NCBI RefSeq assembly: GCF_004376175.1
Contig: NZ_SNUY01000059.1
Coordinates: forward strand, 1-28,166
Source: Halalkalibacterium halodurans
GTDB taxonomy: Bacteria; Bacillota; Bacilli; Bacillales; Bacillaceae_D
Direction of reading: 5' to 3'
DNA length: 28,166 nt
Positions 1 through 8,640 of the stretch are shown piece after piece; positions within the stretch are counted from its first letter, which is position 1; every line of letters begins with the position of its first letter. The position numbers and the translations under genes are program-made. Under the pieces are notes generated by a model that had not been told where the DNA came from, did not search any database, and was given only the letters and a program-made list of their open reading frames with translations.

Positions 1-1
1 C

Positions 2-82
2 TTTATCCTTGAAGGAATGGAAGAAATGGCTATCATCTCAAAAGGACAAAAGGAAACGAAAAAGGATGTAATTTTAAGATAA
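2..82 (+). CDS. 3' end of an upstream CDS (partial, enters from window edge)
   Basis: Frame open from the window start to TAA at 80-82. The stop abuts the GTG of the next ORF, suggesting translational coupling. No family recognisable. Confidence 0.3.
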   Translation, partial: FILEGMEEMAIISKGQKETKKDVILR

Positions 83-83
83 A

Positions 84-410
84 GTGAGATTAAGAGAGAT
101 ACTGTCCAAAATACGGGGGTTAATCCGATTGAAAGTAGAGAAGGATAATTTAAGTAAGAGTATTCCACTACAAGATGGCGTTATTCAGCAATTGGAGAGA
201 GAAATAGAATACTTAATTGCTAATAAGGAGTATCAGACAGAACAACAACAACAAGAAACGGATGGACAGATAGATACGAAGAAAAACTTAATTGAAATGG
301 CTGAGGTTGAGAAAGAAGAAATGAAAAAGCTACTTAGAGAGGTGAATGAAAGGATTGAAAATCTAGAAAAGAAAAAGAACGATCAGCTTGAAAAATTAGC
401 GAAAGAATGA
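84..410 (+). CDS. hypothetical Glu/Lys/Gln-rich coiled-coil protein
   Basis: 108-aa ORF with heptad-like charged composition, followed directly by a strong hairpin terminator. No family signature seen. Confidence 0.5.
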   Translation: MRLREILSKIRGLIRLKVEKDNLSKSIPLQDGVIQQLEREIEYLIANKEYQTEQQQQETDGQIDTKKNLIEMAEVEKEEMKKLLREVNERIENLEKKKNDQLEKLAKE

Positions 411-412
411 AT

Positions 413-452
413 AAGAAAGAGCCGTATTTGGCTCTTTCTTTGTTTTCCTTTT
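413..452 (+). terminator. rho-independent terminator
   Basis: AAGAAAGAGCC (413-423) pairs with GGCTCTTTCTT (430-440), an 11-bp perfect stem with a 6-nt loop, followed by a T-rich tract. Confidence 0.75.
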
Positions 453-475
453 AGTTTCAGACTTTCAAAAAATAT

Positions 476-519
476 ATGCACGAACCATGCGCAAACCGTG
501 CACAAACTATGCGTAAAAA
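476..519. repeat. four tandem 11-bp direct repeats (RTGCRYRAAMN), helically phased
   Basis: ATGCACGAACC / ATGCGCAAACC / GTGCACAAACT / ATGCGTAAAAA, read directly. They lie upstream of the relaxosome genes and are a likely binding array for an RHH accessory protein. Confidence 0.7.
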
Positions 520-544
520 AGGAATATTCTGATAGCAGGGTTAA

Positions 545-629
545 GTTAGGCTTTGCCTAACCTATCACGTCAAGTGATAGCAAAAACCCCTTATGCTCTT
601 ACCCTTTTTACGCCCTGCTAAAAAGGGTA
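545..629 (+). other. candidate oriT: three consecutive inverted repeats
   Basis: GTTAGGC-TTT-GCCTAAC (545-561); CTATCAC-GTCAA-GTGATAG (562-580); TACCCTTTTTA-CGCCCTGC-TAAAAAGGGTA (600-629, 11-bp perfect arms). Positioned immediately upstream of the aux-like genes and relaxase, as in pLS20-type plasmids. Confidence 0.5.
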
Positions 630-668
630 CAAAAAAACGCTTCTAACAAAATAGGAGGAGTGAAAAAA

Positions 669-935
669 ATGAATGTAATAGTTCGCAATTTAAACCCTAC
701 AAAAGTAAAAGTGATAGATGAACTTGCTAAGGAAAAGGGAATGTCTAGGCAAGAATTCTTGAAAGTGCAGATTGAAAAAATTGCTACTACAAATGAATTA
801 AGCGAGATAGAGGATAAATACCAGCTATTATTAGAAAAAGTAATCCTAGTATTAGAGCAAAACACTGAAACGATGAAAAAAATATATAAAGTAATAGAAG
901 AACTATCGGAAGAAGATGATTTTCATGAACTATAA
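669..935 (+). CDS. ribbon-helix-helix (CopG/Arc-like) protein, probable relaxosome auxiliary protein (Aux1-like)
   Basis: GGAGG at 654-658 lies 10 nt before the ATG at 669. The N-terminus (NVIVRNLNPTKVKVIDELAKEKGMSRQEFLK) fits a beta-strand plus two-helix RHH pattern. First gene after the oriT-like repeats. Confidence 0.6.
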   Translation: MNVIVRNLNPTKVKVIDELAKEKGMSRQEFLKVQIEKIATTNELSEIEDKYQLLLEKVILVLEQNTETMKKIYKVIEELSEEDDFHEL

Positions 936-1371
936 AAGAAAAAATTTATATATAAGTGAAAAGACCATCAGCTATTTAGAAAAAGTACAAAATAACATTT
1001 TAGAACAGACTGGTGAAAAGATAAGCATAGGAAAGGTACTCGATAAAATATGCAAAGAGCATGAGGTAGCAACAGATAAAAAAATGAATGATTTAGCGGT
1101 TATGATTGCGGAACATCTTGCAGAGAGCTTAAGAAAAGACCTCGTAAGAATACGATTAGGAACTAATAGTTCTGATCGAAATACACAAGTACTATTAGAA
1201 ATGTTTAATCATCTGTTTTTGGTGAATGCACAAAAAGATCCTACTCTATATAAAGTATTAGCAACTACAGACAAGATTAAGTCTCCTATGTTGGAAAGTG
1301 CAGAAATCCATGTAAAAAATAAAATTGAAACTTTTCGACAAATAAAGTTAGATCGAAAAGGTGACGAATGA
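916..1371 (+). CDS. second small relaxosome auxiliary-like protein (possible RHH, Aux2-like)
   Basis: 151-aa ORF overlapping both the preceding and the following genes. The N-terminal KRKNLYISEKTISYLEKVQ resembles an RHH strand-helix. Functional assignment rests on gene order only. Confidence 0.45.
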   Translation: MIFMNYKRKNLYISEKTISYLEKVQNNILEQTGEKISIGKVLDKICKEHEVATDKKMNDLAVMIAEHLAESLRKDLVRIRLGTNSSDRNTQVLLEMFNHLFLVNAQKDPTLYKVLATTDKIKSPMLESAEIHVKNKIETFRQIKLDRKGDE

Positions 1372-2993
1372 TGGTAGGTGTCGTACTTAAAACGAAATTT
1401 ATTTATCAGTCTGATAAAGTCTTTACTGATTATATTGACTATGTGGACAGGGAGGAAGCTAAACGTAACTTAGCATATGAAAAGTATTCATCTTATAGTC
1501 AAGAAAACATTAAAAAATTTAGACAAAAACAGAAAGAACTCATAGATGAAGCAAAAGAAAGGATTGCAGAAACAACAGCAAGAATTGAAACAGAAAAAAG
1601 TAACATAAATAAACTTGAAGATCGTCTTAAGAATTATAATAAGGCTTTTGATTATTTAAATAATATAGAATCTGTTCCCAAACTTTTTACAAAGGAAGCC
1701 GATTTCCTTACATGGAAGGAAAAAAAGGATTTAAAGAATTTGTTTGAAGAGTATACCGAAAATGAGGATATTAATTACTCAGAAGAGGAAAAAGTACTTG
1801 AACGGTTTAGTCAACACCTAGAAAAGTTTATAGATAAACGTAGTGAAAGCATTAGAACCATGATCCACAAAAAAGAAAAATTTCTTTCTAATTTAGAGAA
1901 CAGTATTAATTTTGCAGAACGAAAAATCAAAAAAAGTGAATCTGTACTTAGCTATGATCATTACTCTGATTATATGGACAATCCAAACAAAACGAGCGCT
2001 TTATTTACAAAAAACTCAGATCAACTAGATACAAAAGATAAAAAAGCAATTAAAAGAATATATAAAGAAGCCCAAAAAAACGGAAGTGTTATGTGGCAAG
2101 ACGTAATTAGTTTTGATAACAGGTGGCTAGAAAAACATGGCATATACGATCCAGAAACAAACACAGTAGATGAAAAAAAAATAATGTTAGCTACCCGTTC
2201 AGCAATGAACGAAATGTTAAAAAGGGAAGGGTTACAGGATAGCGCAATTTGGTCAGGGGCAATCCATTACAATACGGATAACATACATGTTCATATTGCA
2301 ACTGTAGAACCTATACCGACAAGGAAGAGAGGAAAACGGAAACCGAAAACATTGAGGTATATGAAATCTAAAGTAGTTAATCAAATAATGGATCGTTCTG
2401 TTGAACAAAAGAAAATTAACACTCTTATTAGAGATAACATTGTTAAAAAGAAAAAAAGCAAGCCTATGAAGTTTAACAGAGAAGCGAAAAAGTTATTTGA
2501 ACACATAAAGGAAAATCTCCCATCAGATAAAAGGCAATGGCAATATGGGTATAATTCGTTAGACAAGATTCGCCCGACTATTGATCAATTAAGTAAGTTA
2601 TACATCATGAAATATCATAGGAAGGAATACAACGAACTTTTAAATAGACTAGATGAAGAAGTAAAAGTAATGAAAGAAGCCTATGGGGAGGGGAATTATG
2701 AGAAACTTAAACAAAACAAAATAGAAGAGCTTTATAAACGTTTAGGGAATGCAACTTTAAAAGAAATTAAAGAGCTTTCTCAACAAGAGCAAGCAAGGTT
2801 AAAAATTTCAAGAAAGGGGAATAAAGAGCCTTCCATTAGGCGAGATAATATTAAACATAAGATTTTGGTTAATAGAGCCTTATTTAAAGCTCAAAATATG
2901 TTTAAACGAGAATATACCAGTTGGAAAAACCAACAACACTTTGAAAGGTTGCAAGCCTTACAAGCGGAGAGAGATAGAGAATATGAACGGTAG
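1368..2993 (+). CDS. conjugative relaxase, MobL / MOB_L-like
   Basis: 541 aa. Tyr-rich N-terminus (FTDYIDYVDREEA) and histidine-triad motif HYNTDNIHVHIATVEP, with a long coiled-coil insertion. Start overlaps the upstream stop (ATGA). Confidence 0.7.
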   Translation: MMVGVVLKTKFIYQSDKVFTDYIDYVDREEAKRNLAYEKYSSYSQENIKKFRQKQKELIDEAKERIAETTARIETEKSNINKLEDRLKNYNKAFDYLNNIESVPKLFTKEADFLTWKEKKDLKNLFEEYTENEDINYSEEEKVLERFSQHLEKFIDKRSESIRTMIHKKEKFLSNLENSINFAERKIKKSESVLSYDHYSDYMDNPNKTSALFTKNSDQLDTKDKKAIKRIYKEAQKNGSVMWQDVISFDNRWLEKHGIYDPETNTVDEKKIMLATRSAMNEMLKREGLQDSAIWSGAIHYNTDNIHVHIATVEPIPTRKRGKRKPKTLRYMKSKVVNQIMDRSVEQKKINTLIRDNIVKKKKSKPMKFNREAKKLFEHIKENLPSDKRQWQYGYNSLDKIRPTIDQLSKLYIMKYHRKEYNELLNRLDEEVKVMKEAYGEGNYEKLKQNKIEELYKRLGNATLKEIKELSQQEQARLKISRKGNKEPSIRRDNIKHKILVNRALFKAQNMFKREYTSWKNQQHFERLQALQAERDREYER

Positions 2994-3019
2994 TTTCATA
3001 AAGTATAGGAGGAATAAAA

Positions 3020-5047
3020 GTGCAGTTATTTGTTTGTGAAAAGCCATCACAGGCTGAAATGTTTGCAAATGCGTTATGTGATAGTGTGAAGTCTAAGAAA
3101 GGGTATTATCAAGGAGATCAAGATAAAATATTTACTTATGCTTTTGGTCATTTAGTAAAATTGATTCCTTTGGAGAAAATTAACGAAAACTTTGGATGGA
3201 AGGGAGATATAGAAGCCCTTCCTCTTTTTGTTAAGGATATTCCTCTAGAACCAATTGAGGACAAAAAAGAACAACTAGGGGTGGTTATAAACTTTATAAA
3301 GAAAGCTAAAACAATCTACATTGCAACTGACGCAGGACGTGAAGGAGAACATATATTTAGAAAGATTTATAAGCTTGCAAAAGTTGAAAAGCCTTTAAAA
3401 AGACTGTGGGTACAAAACAATACGAATCAAGGGATTTTAAAAGCTTACGAACAAGCAAAAGATGGTTCTGAATATGAAGGTCTTGCACAAGCAGGACAAT
3501 TAAGAGAGGAAGCTGATTTATTGATTGGTGTGAATGGAACTCAGCTATTGACACGATTAAGCGGTAGTAACAAATTGCTAAGTCTTGGTCGAGTACAGAC
3601 CCCTACTTTAGCTATGATTGTAAATCGAGACTTAGCAATAGAAAGTTTTCAAAAAGAAAAGCATTACACCATTGTAGCACCTGTCTTAGGCTCTGAGATC
3701 GAATTTGAGTTAGTTATGGAGAAAGACATACGTTTAAAAAAGGATGAAGTTATTGCTATAAAAGATTCCTTAAAACAAAGGGGAGAAATTCAATTCTCGG
3801 AAAAAGAAGTACAGGAAAAGCCTAAGAACTTGTTTGATTTAACATCCTTACAAATGTACATGAACGATAAGTCTAGTTGGTCAGCTCAAAAAACACTGGA
3901 CGTTTTGCAAAGCCTTTATTTAAAGCGATTGGTTACTTACCCTCGTACCAGTTCTCAATATCTCGCAAGTTCAGACGATTTACCAGTTATTCTAGAGCAA
4001 CATAAAGATAATGAATTTGTAGAAGAAATCCTTAACAATGGATATGAAATCGAAAAATCCTTTATCGATGGAACCAAGGTGACAGATCATGAAGCTATTA
4101 TTATTACTACAGAAAAAGCGAAAAATTTAAGCTCAGACGAGAAGAAGTTATATAATGTTATTTTCGAACGTTTTATTTCAAGTTATTATCCTCAAGCAAG
4201 TTATAAAGTCACTGTTGCTCAGTTCAATGATGGTGATTATACATTTCAAGCTAAGGAAAAGGCTCTTGTTGATCTGGGGTGGAGAAAACTTTTTAATGGT
4301 CAGGTAAAAGAGCCTAAATTAAGGATGATTCAACCGGAGGGCATAAGTAATTATGAAATCAGAGAAAAGGAAACTTCTCCACCTAAAAGGTATACAGAGA
4401 AAACATTACTAAATGACATGAAAAATGCAGGGAAATTTTTGAAAGAAGAAAAGGATAAAAATATCTTAAAGAATGTTGAAGGAATCGGAACGCCTGCGAC
4501 AAGATCCAGTATCATTGAACTATTGTATAAGCGAGGTTATATAAAAAGTAAAGGGAAACAAATTGTATCAACTGAACTAGGTAGAGAAATTGTTAAAATG
4601 ATGCCTAATACTTTTAGTTTATACAGCCCTAAAATGACAGCTTTCTTTGAGTCTTTACTGCTTGGGGTTGAAAAAGGATCAATTGAAAAAGAGGTCTTCT
4701 ATCAAAACTTAGAAGCCCTAATCCAAACTATAGGAAAAGAAATAAAGGTGAATGTAAAGTCTGTAAATATCGATGAAAAGAAAGCTGTTGCAAAATGTCC
4801 GTCTTGCAGTAAAGAAGTGTTAGAAAATACAAAGGCATTCTCGTGTAGCGGATATAAACAAGGATGTAACATTACTTTGTGGAAAAACAGTTTGGTGCGC
4901 TTTGGAAAGAAAAACATAACGGTAAAAGAAGCACAAAAACTTCTTGAGGGGAAAGTTATAAAAGTTAAACTAAAGGGGAAAAGCGGATCATATACGAAAG
5001 AAGTAAGATACAATCAGGCGAAAAATTGGGTTGAGTTTGTAAAATAG
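3020..5047 (+). CDS. topB: type IA DNA topoisomerase (topoisomerase III-like) with C-terminal zinc ribbon
   Basis: Toprim signatures (VCEKPSQ; TDAGREGEHIF), active-site Tyr motif VTYPRTSSQYL, and C-terminal CPSC...CSGYKQGC. AGGAGG RBS before the GTG start. Confidence 0.9.
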   Translation: MQLFVCEKPSQAEMFANALCDSVKSKKGYYQGDQDKIFTYAFGHLVKLIPLEKINENFGWKGDIEALPLFVKDIPLEPIEDKKEQLGVVINFIKKAKTIYIATDAGREGEHIFRKIYKLAKVEKPLKRLWVQNNTNQGILKAYEQAKDGSEYEGLAQAGQLREEADLLIGVNGTQLLTRLSGSNKLLSLGRVQTPTLAMIVNRDLAIESFQKEKHYTIVAPVLGSEIEFELVMEKDIRLKKDEVIAIKDSLKQRGEIQFSEKEVQEKPKNLFDLTSLQMYMNDKSSWSAQKTLDVLQSLYLKRLVTYPRTSSQYLASSDDLPVILEQHKDNEFVEEILNNGYEIEKSFIDGTKVTDHEAIIITTEKAKNLSSDEKKLYNVIFERFISSYYPQASYKVTVAQFNDGDYTFQAKEKALVDLGWRKLFNGQVKEPKLRMIQPEGISNYEIREKETSPPKRYTEKTLLNDMKNAGKFLKEEKDKNILKNVEGIGTPATRSSIIELLYKRGYIKSKGKQIVSTELGREIVKMMPNTFSLYSPKMTAFFESLLLGVEKGSIEKEVFYQNLEALIQTIGKEIKVNVKSVNIDEKKAVAKCPSCSKEVLENTKAFSCSGYKQGCNITLWKNSLVRFGKKNITVKEAQKLLEGKVIKVKLKGKSGSYTKEVRYNQAKNWVEFVK

Positions 5048-5060
5048 GAGGCAGATCGAA

Positions 5061-5366
5061 ATGGTACTAAAACGAAATAACTTTAATACAGAAGAAGAAT
5101 ACATGAAATACACAAGATCAGATGAATTTTTATCCCACTACTCCATTGAAAACAAGACAGTAAATGAAGTTTGTGAGGATATGTGTTTACCTATGGAATG
5201 GTCTGAATATGTACAAGAGTTATTACCTGTTCTTCTTAAACACAATCGTATCAGTGGCTATGATCTGATTGCTCATGTAGAAGACTTAGTGGAACAAAGA
5301 GAGGATGGTTTGAGTATTGAAGAGGTAAAAGAGCTTGAAGAAGCTAAGAATCGAGGGAGAAAATGA
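5061..5366 (+). CDS. hypothetical acidic protein (possible partner or antitoxin of the next gene)
   Basis: 101-aa ORF with an AGGAGG RBS and a 4-nt ATGA overlap with the downstream MazF-fold gene. No recognisable domain. Confidence 0.5.
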   Translation: MVLKRNNFNTEEEYMKYTRSDEFLSHYSIENKTVNEVCEDMCLPMEWSEYVQELLPVLLKHNRISGYDLIAHVEDLVEQREDGLSIEEVKELEEAKNRGRK

Positions 5367-6226
5367 AGAACTATAGACAAAAATATAAATCAGGTGACTT
5401 GGTAATTGCTTATGAGTTCCCTTACAATAAATTATTAACAGATGAGTTTCAAAGTAGCAGGTCTAAACCTAGACCTGCTATTGTTTTGGGTGAAACAGGA
5501 AGGAACATAGCAGCTATCCCTGTTATGGGGGTTTACACTAAAGGAAGAATGACGGAAAAGGAAGGCTACAGCCTTTACAGACATGAAGTTAGAGTACCAA
5601 AAGGTCTGACAATGGGACAAAAAGAGCTTGAGGGAGTCATAAAAACGGATAGGGTAGTTGTCTTAGAAAGACATCAAATATCATCTGCTTTTGATGAATT
5701 TCCTTTACGAACAAAGATGGATATATTGTCTACGTATGAAGATATTAAAAACCTACCGTTTTATAAGAAAAGTTTAGATCAAGAAACCACTTATAATCAT
5801 GAAAGGATTATGCGAAACTTTAAAGAGAATGTTATTGCTGAACGATTAAATTTTCTAACTAATAAGGAAGGCGAGAACGTCTATGAGTTTAAGAAGTATG
5901 ATCAGTACCAAATAGATAAAATACAGCATATAGGAACTTTTAAGGATTTAAACATCTATGCTGTCAATTTACAAAGTACCGATGACAATTTTATTGTTAA
6001 TTTAGCGACAAATAAGCCTGTTAACAAGATCGTTTCCGACTGGTCAGGAACAAAAACAGCTAAAGAATGGTTAAGAGAGGACGCTAAATATCATGCACTT
6101 AACAAAAATATTGATCAAAATATTAGGAGAGATCCTTTCATCCATCCAGACAAGTTTATAAGATTAGACCAGTTATCAAAAAACGCAGGAAAAAATAATA
6201 TAAAAGAAAAGGGGCTGGAAAGATAA
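5363..6226 (+). CDS. MazF/PemK-fold N-terminal domain fused to about 170 aa of unknown C-terminal region
   Basis: By eye, GDLVIAYEFP...KPRPAIVLGE...IAAIPVMG...HEVRVP...EGVIKTDRVVVLERHQIS aligns with MazF/EndoA blocks (GDxxxxDF, RPxxVL, IVAPIT, xxV, SVxLxDQxRTxD). Confidence 0.5.
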   Translation: MKNYRQKYKSGDLVIAYEFPYNKLLTDEFQSSRSKPRPAIVLGETGRNIAAIPVMGVYTKGRMTEKEGYSLYRHEVRVPKGLTMGQKELEGVIKTDRVVVLERHQISSAFDEFPLRTKMDILSTYEDIKNLPFYKKSLDQETTYNHERIMRNFKENVIAERLNFLTNKEGENVYEFKKYDQYQIDKIQHIGTFKDLNIYAVNLQSTDDNFIVNLATNKPVNKIVSDWSGTKTAKEWLREDAKYHALNKNIDQNIRRDPFIHPDKFIRLDQLSKNAGKNNIKEKGLER

Positions 6227-6432
6227 TGATTTATACAATTGAAGAGGTTATGCAGTCTGATAAAGAGATTAGAACTAGTAAGGATATACCAATTGGAGCT
6301 ATTACACAAAAGGGAATCATTGATCTTGGAGAAAACATTTTAGACTATGATATTGATTTTTTTGTACCTATAGATGGTATTAATGGTATAGAGTTTGAGC
6401 CTTGGTATAGAAGGAAAAAAGGAGTTAGCTAA
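6226..6432 (+). CDS. hypothetical small protein
   Basis: 68-aa ORF whose start overlaps the upstream stop. It is the last gene before a terminator. Confidence 0.4.
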   Translation: MIYTIEEVMQSDKEIRTSKDIPIGAITQKGIIDLGENILDYDIDFFVPIDGINGIEFEPWYRRKKGVS

Positions 6433-6449
6433 AAGCTAGCTCTTTTTTT
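6422..6449 (+). terminator. rho-independent terminator
   Basis: GAGTTAGCT (6422-6430) pairs with AGCTAGCTC (6434-6442), 9 bp including one G-U, followed by T7. Confidence 0.7.
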
Positions 6450-6524
6450 ATTAATAGTAAATTTAGTATTAGTGGTAAAAGTAATTAAAATATTATTATT
6501 ACTAAAATATTAGGAGTAATCAAA

Positions 6525-8099
6525 ATGACTAAAAAAGTGAACTTAGCTGAATATAATAAAGAGTTAGAACAAAATTTAGAAGAGATTTTTAAAAATGATC
6601 AGTTTAAGCATTTACTTGATGTAATTGCAACAAGACATAATTACTCACTAGGTAATATGCTTAAGATTATACAGCAAAAACCAGACATTAAAATGATTCG
6701 TAGTTATGATAATTGGAAAAAGATAGGTAGACAAGTCAAGAAAGGCGAGACAGGATTAGAAATTTTAGTCCCTACTTTTAGAAATGAAGAAGTAACGAAG
6801 GTCGATGAAACAGGTTTTCCTTTATACGATGTAAAAGGGCAGCCAATTACAGAAAAAAAGAAAGTATTAAGAGGTTTTGTGACTGGAAAAGTATTTGATA
6901 TATCTCAAACGATAGGAAAAGAAGTGCCTAGTTTAAAACAGTTTATTCAAGAAGAAATGAAAAATGAGAATAACGTAAAGGAACTATATGATAGGTTCTT
7001 AGGGTATTTAAAAGAAAAAAGTAATGAGACAGATCTTCCGGTCAAAGAGGAAGAGCATACAGGAGAAAAGTATGGTGGATATTATGATAAGCGTAATCAT
7101 GAGATTATCATTAATACAGAAACCGCTAAAAGTCCAATGCAAAAATTTAGGGTTTTAATACATGAATACGCACATGCACAGTTACATCATATCGACAGCG
7201 AACTAAAAGATCTTGAGCGAGGACACAAGGAAGCTCAAGCAGATTCTTGCGCCTACATTGTGAACAAATATTTTGGTTTAGATACAGAAGAAAGTACAGT
7301 TGGATACATTGCTAGCTGGGCTAAAGACCTTAGAATAGCTAAAAAGGCAATATCTGAGGTACAAGAAGTAAGTATGACAATTATAGATGAGATCAACGAA
7401 GCTCAAATGGATAGAATTAATCAATTCTATAAAGAACATGATCCATCAAAAGTTAAAGAAGAACTAGAAAAGAAGGGAGTTAAGATTGAACCCGAAACAA
7501 AATTACAATTATTAGATATGAAGAACGGTTTTATTATTTCTGGACAAATAGAGAAAAGAGAAAGCGATGAGGTGGAGTATTTTCGTACAAATAAAAACCG
7601 AATTATTCCCCTTGATGAGTTGATTCAAGATTATGAAGTTATAAATAATCAATTGGAAATAGAAAAAATACTATCTGTTAAAGAAAATTTAAAGAACAGC
7701 AACTTTGAGATTATTGTAAATGGAAACAATAGTAGAAGTCTAAAACGAGACTTTAAAACGTTAAAAGAAGCTACCCAATATATCAATCGTATTGGAATAT
7801 CACAGTCATTGAATCAGGAAAGTATGAGGAAAAAAGAAAATAAAACGCTGAAACCTCAAGAAGAAAAGCTATTATCTAAACGCATTGGTAAGTATTTTGG
7901 CGACCATAATTTTTGTGCTGATTATGAAGGCAATATATCCATCGGATGGCATATTATGAAAAATCCTGATATTAAAACTAAACAAGAGTTCAAACGAGAT
8001 ATACAAAATTTAAAACAACATTTAGTAACCACAAAACGCCTATTAAATGCGATAAATCAAGCCGAAAAAAATTCGATGATGTGTGAGTTAGAAAGGTAA
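6525..8099 (+). CDS. ardC: ArdC-like protein: N-terminal ssDNA-binding (DUF1738-like) plus HExxH metalloprotease, with a long C-terminal extension
   Basis: NWKKIGRQVKKGETGLEILVP block typical of ArdC_N. LIHEYAHAQLHH zinc-protease motif with downstream HKEAQADS. 524 aa. Confidence 0.6.
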   Translation: MTKKVNLAEYNKELEQNLEEIFKNDQFKHLLDVIATRHNYSLGNMLKIIQQKPDIKMIRSYDNWKKIGRQVKKGETGLEILVPTFRNEEVTKVDETGFPLYDVKGQPITEKKKVLRGFVTGKVFDISQTIGKEVPSLKQFIQEEMKNENNVKELYDRFLGYLKEKSNETDLPVKEEEHTGEKYGGYYDKRNHEIIINTETAKSPMQKFRVLIHEYAHAQLHHIDSELKDLERGHKEAQADSCAYIVNKYFGLDTEESTVGYIASWAKDLRIAKKAISEVQEVSMTIIDEINEAQMDRINQFYKEHDPSKVKEELEKKGVKIEPETKLQLLDMKNGFIISGQIEKRESDEVEYFRTNKNRIIPLDELIQDYEVINNQLEIEKILSVKENLKNSNFEIIVNGNNSRSLKRDFKTLKEATQYINRIGISQSLNQESMRKKENKTLKPQEEKLLSKRIGKYFGDHNFCADYEGNISIGWHIMKNPDIKTKQEFKRDIQNLKQHLVTTKRLLNAINQAEKNSMMCELER

Positions 8100-8101
8100 T
8101 C

Positions 8102-8299
8102 TCACTTCTTTTTTAAAAAGAGTACTTGGATTAGTGGTAATACGTAAGCTAAGATAATAAAGATTGCCACTAATCCTACTCCAATAATGAAAAGTATATC
8201 TATCATAAAAGTTCTATATGTCGAAAATCCTCGAAATAGAATAAAGACGAGCAAAAAAGAAGCAAAGACTAAAAAAATTTTCGAGAGTGATAAACGCAT
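8102..8299 (-). CDS. small two-TM membrane protein
   Basis: 65 aa, two hydrophobic segments, C-terminal KKK. GGAAAGGTGG RBS upstream on the minus strand. Convergent with the ardC-like gene. Confidence 0.55.
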   Translation of the reverse strand: MRLSLSKIFLVFASFLLVFILFRGFSTYRTFMIDILFIIGVGLVAIFIILAYVLPLIQVLFLKKK

Positions 8300-8640
8300 A
8301 ATTTGCCACCTTTCCTATTTTTATTATATGTAGTAATTATACTAAAAGTGATATATATAGTAAATAATATAATGCGACTCAAAAAATACTACAATTACTA
8401 CTATTAATAATATCAAAACAAAAACCTGAAGAATCTTTTTCCAATTAGGACAACCTCTATAAAAACAAGGTATAATCAATAATTCAAAGTAATTGTACTC
8501 TTGTTACTAGTACCACTAATTGGAGTATTAATAGTGTTTTTACTAAAAATATCTATGCTGTTACTAATTATAATACTATTAATAAAAATAGTAAAAAACA
8601 AAAAAAGGGTTGATTTACTTTAGTGGACAAGTTAAGCTAG
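8300..8640. repeat. AT-rich array of TAGTA / TACTA words (direct and inverted), probable operator or promoter zone
   Basis: Examples: TAGTAATTATACTA, TACTACAATTACTACTAT, AGTAATTGTACT, TTACTAGTACC, TACTAATTATAATACTATTAATAAAAATAGTA. Similar arrays occur at 6455-6520, 9491-9530, 10660-10735, 11545-11600 and 27601-27640. Confidence 0.6.

Noticed and set aside
608-865. An antisense 85-aa ORF across the oriT-like region and the RHH gene. Similar antisense or shadow ORFs lie inside known genes: 2381-2566, 3357-3554, 4702-5013, 5435-5620, 6115-6309, 9871-10462 (set), 11087-11498, 16057-16269, 16396-16608, 17235-17582, 19421-19933 (set), 20593-21456 (set), 22906-23128, 23672-24214, 24727-24927, 25109-25357, 25482-25703 and 26299-26496.
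   Set aside because: All lie opposite to, or out of frame within, ORFs that carry clear family signatures (relaxase, topoisomerase, MerA, MerB, resolvase, TnpA and others). They lack an RBS and have skewed composition. They are shadow ORFs.
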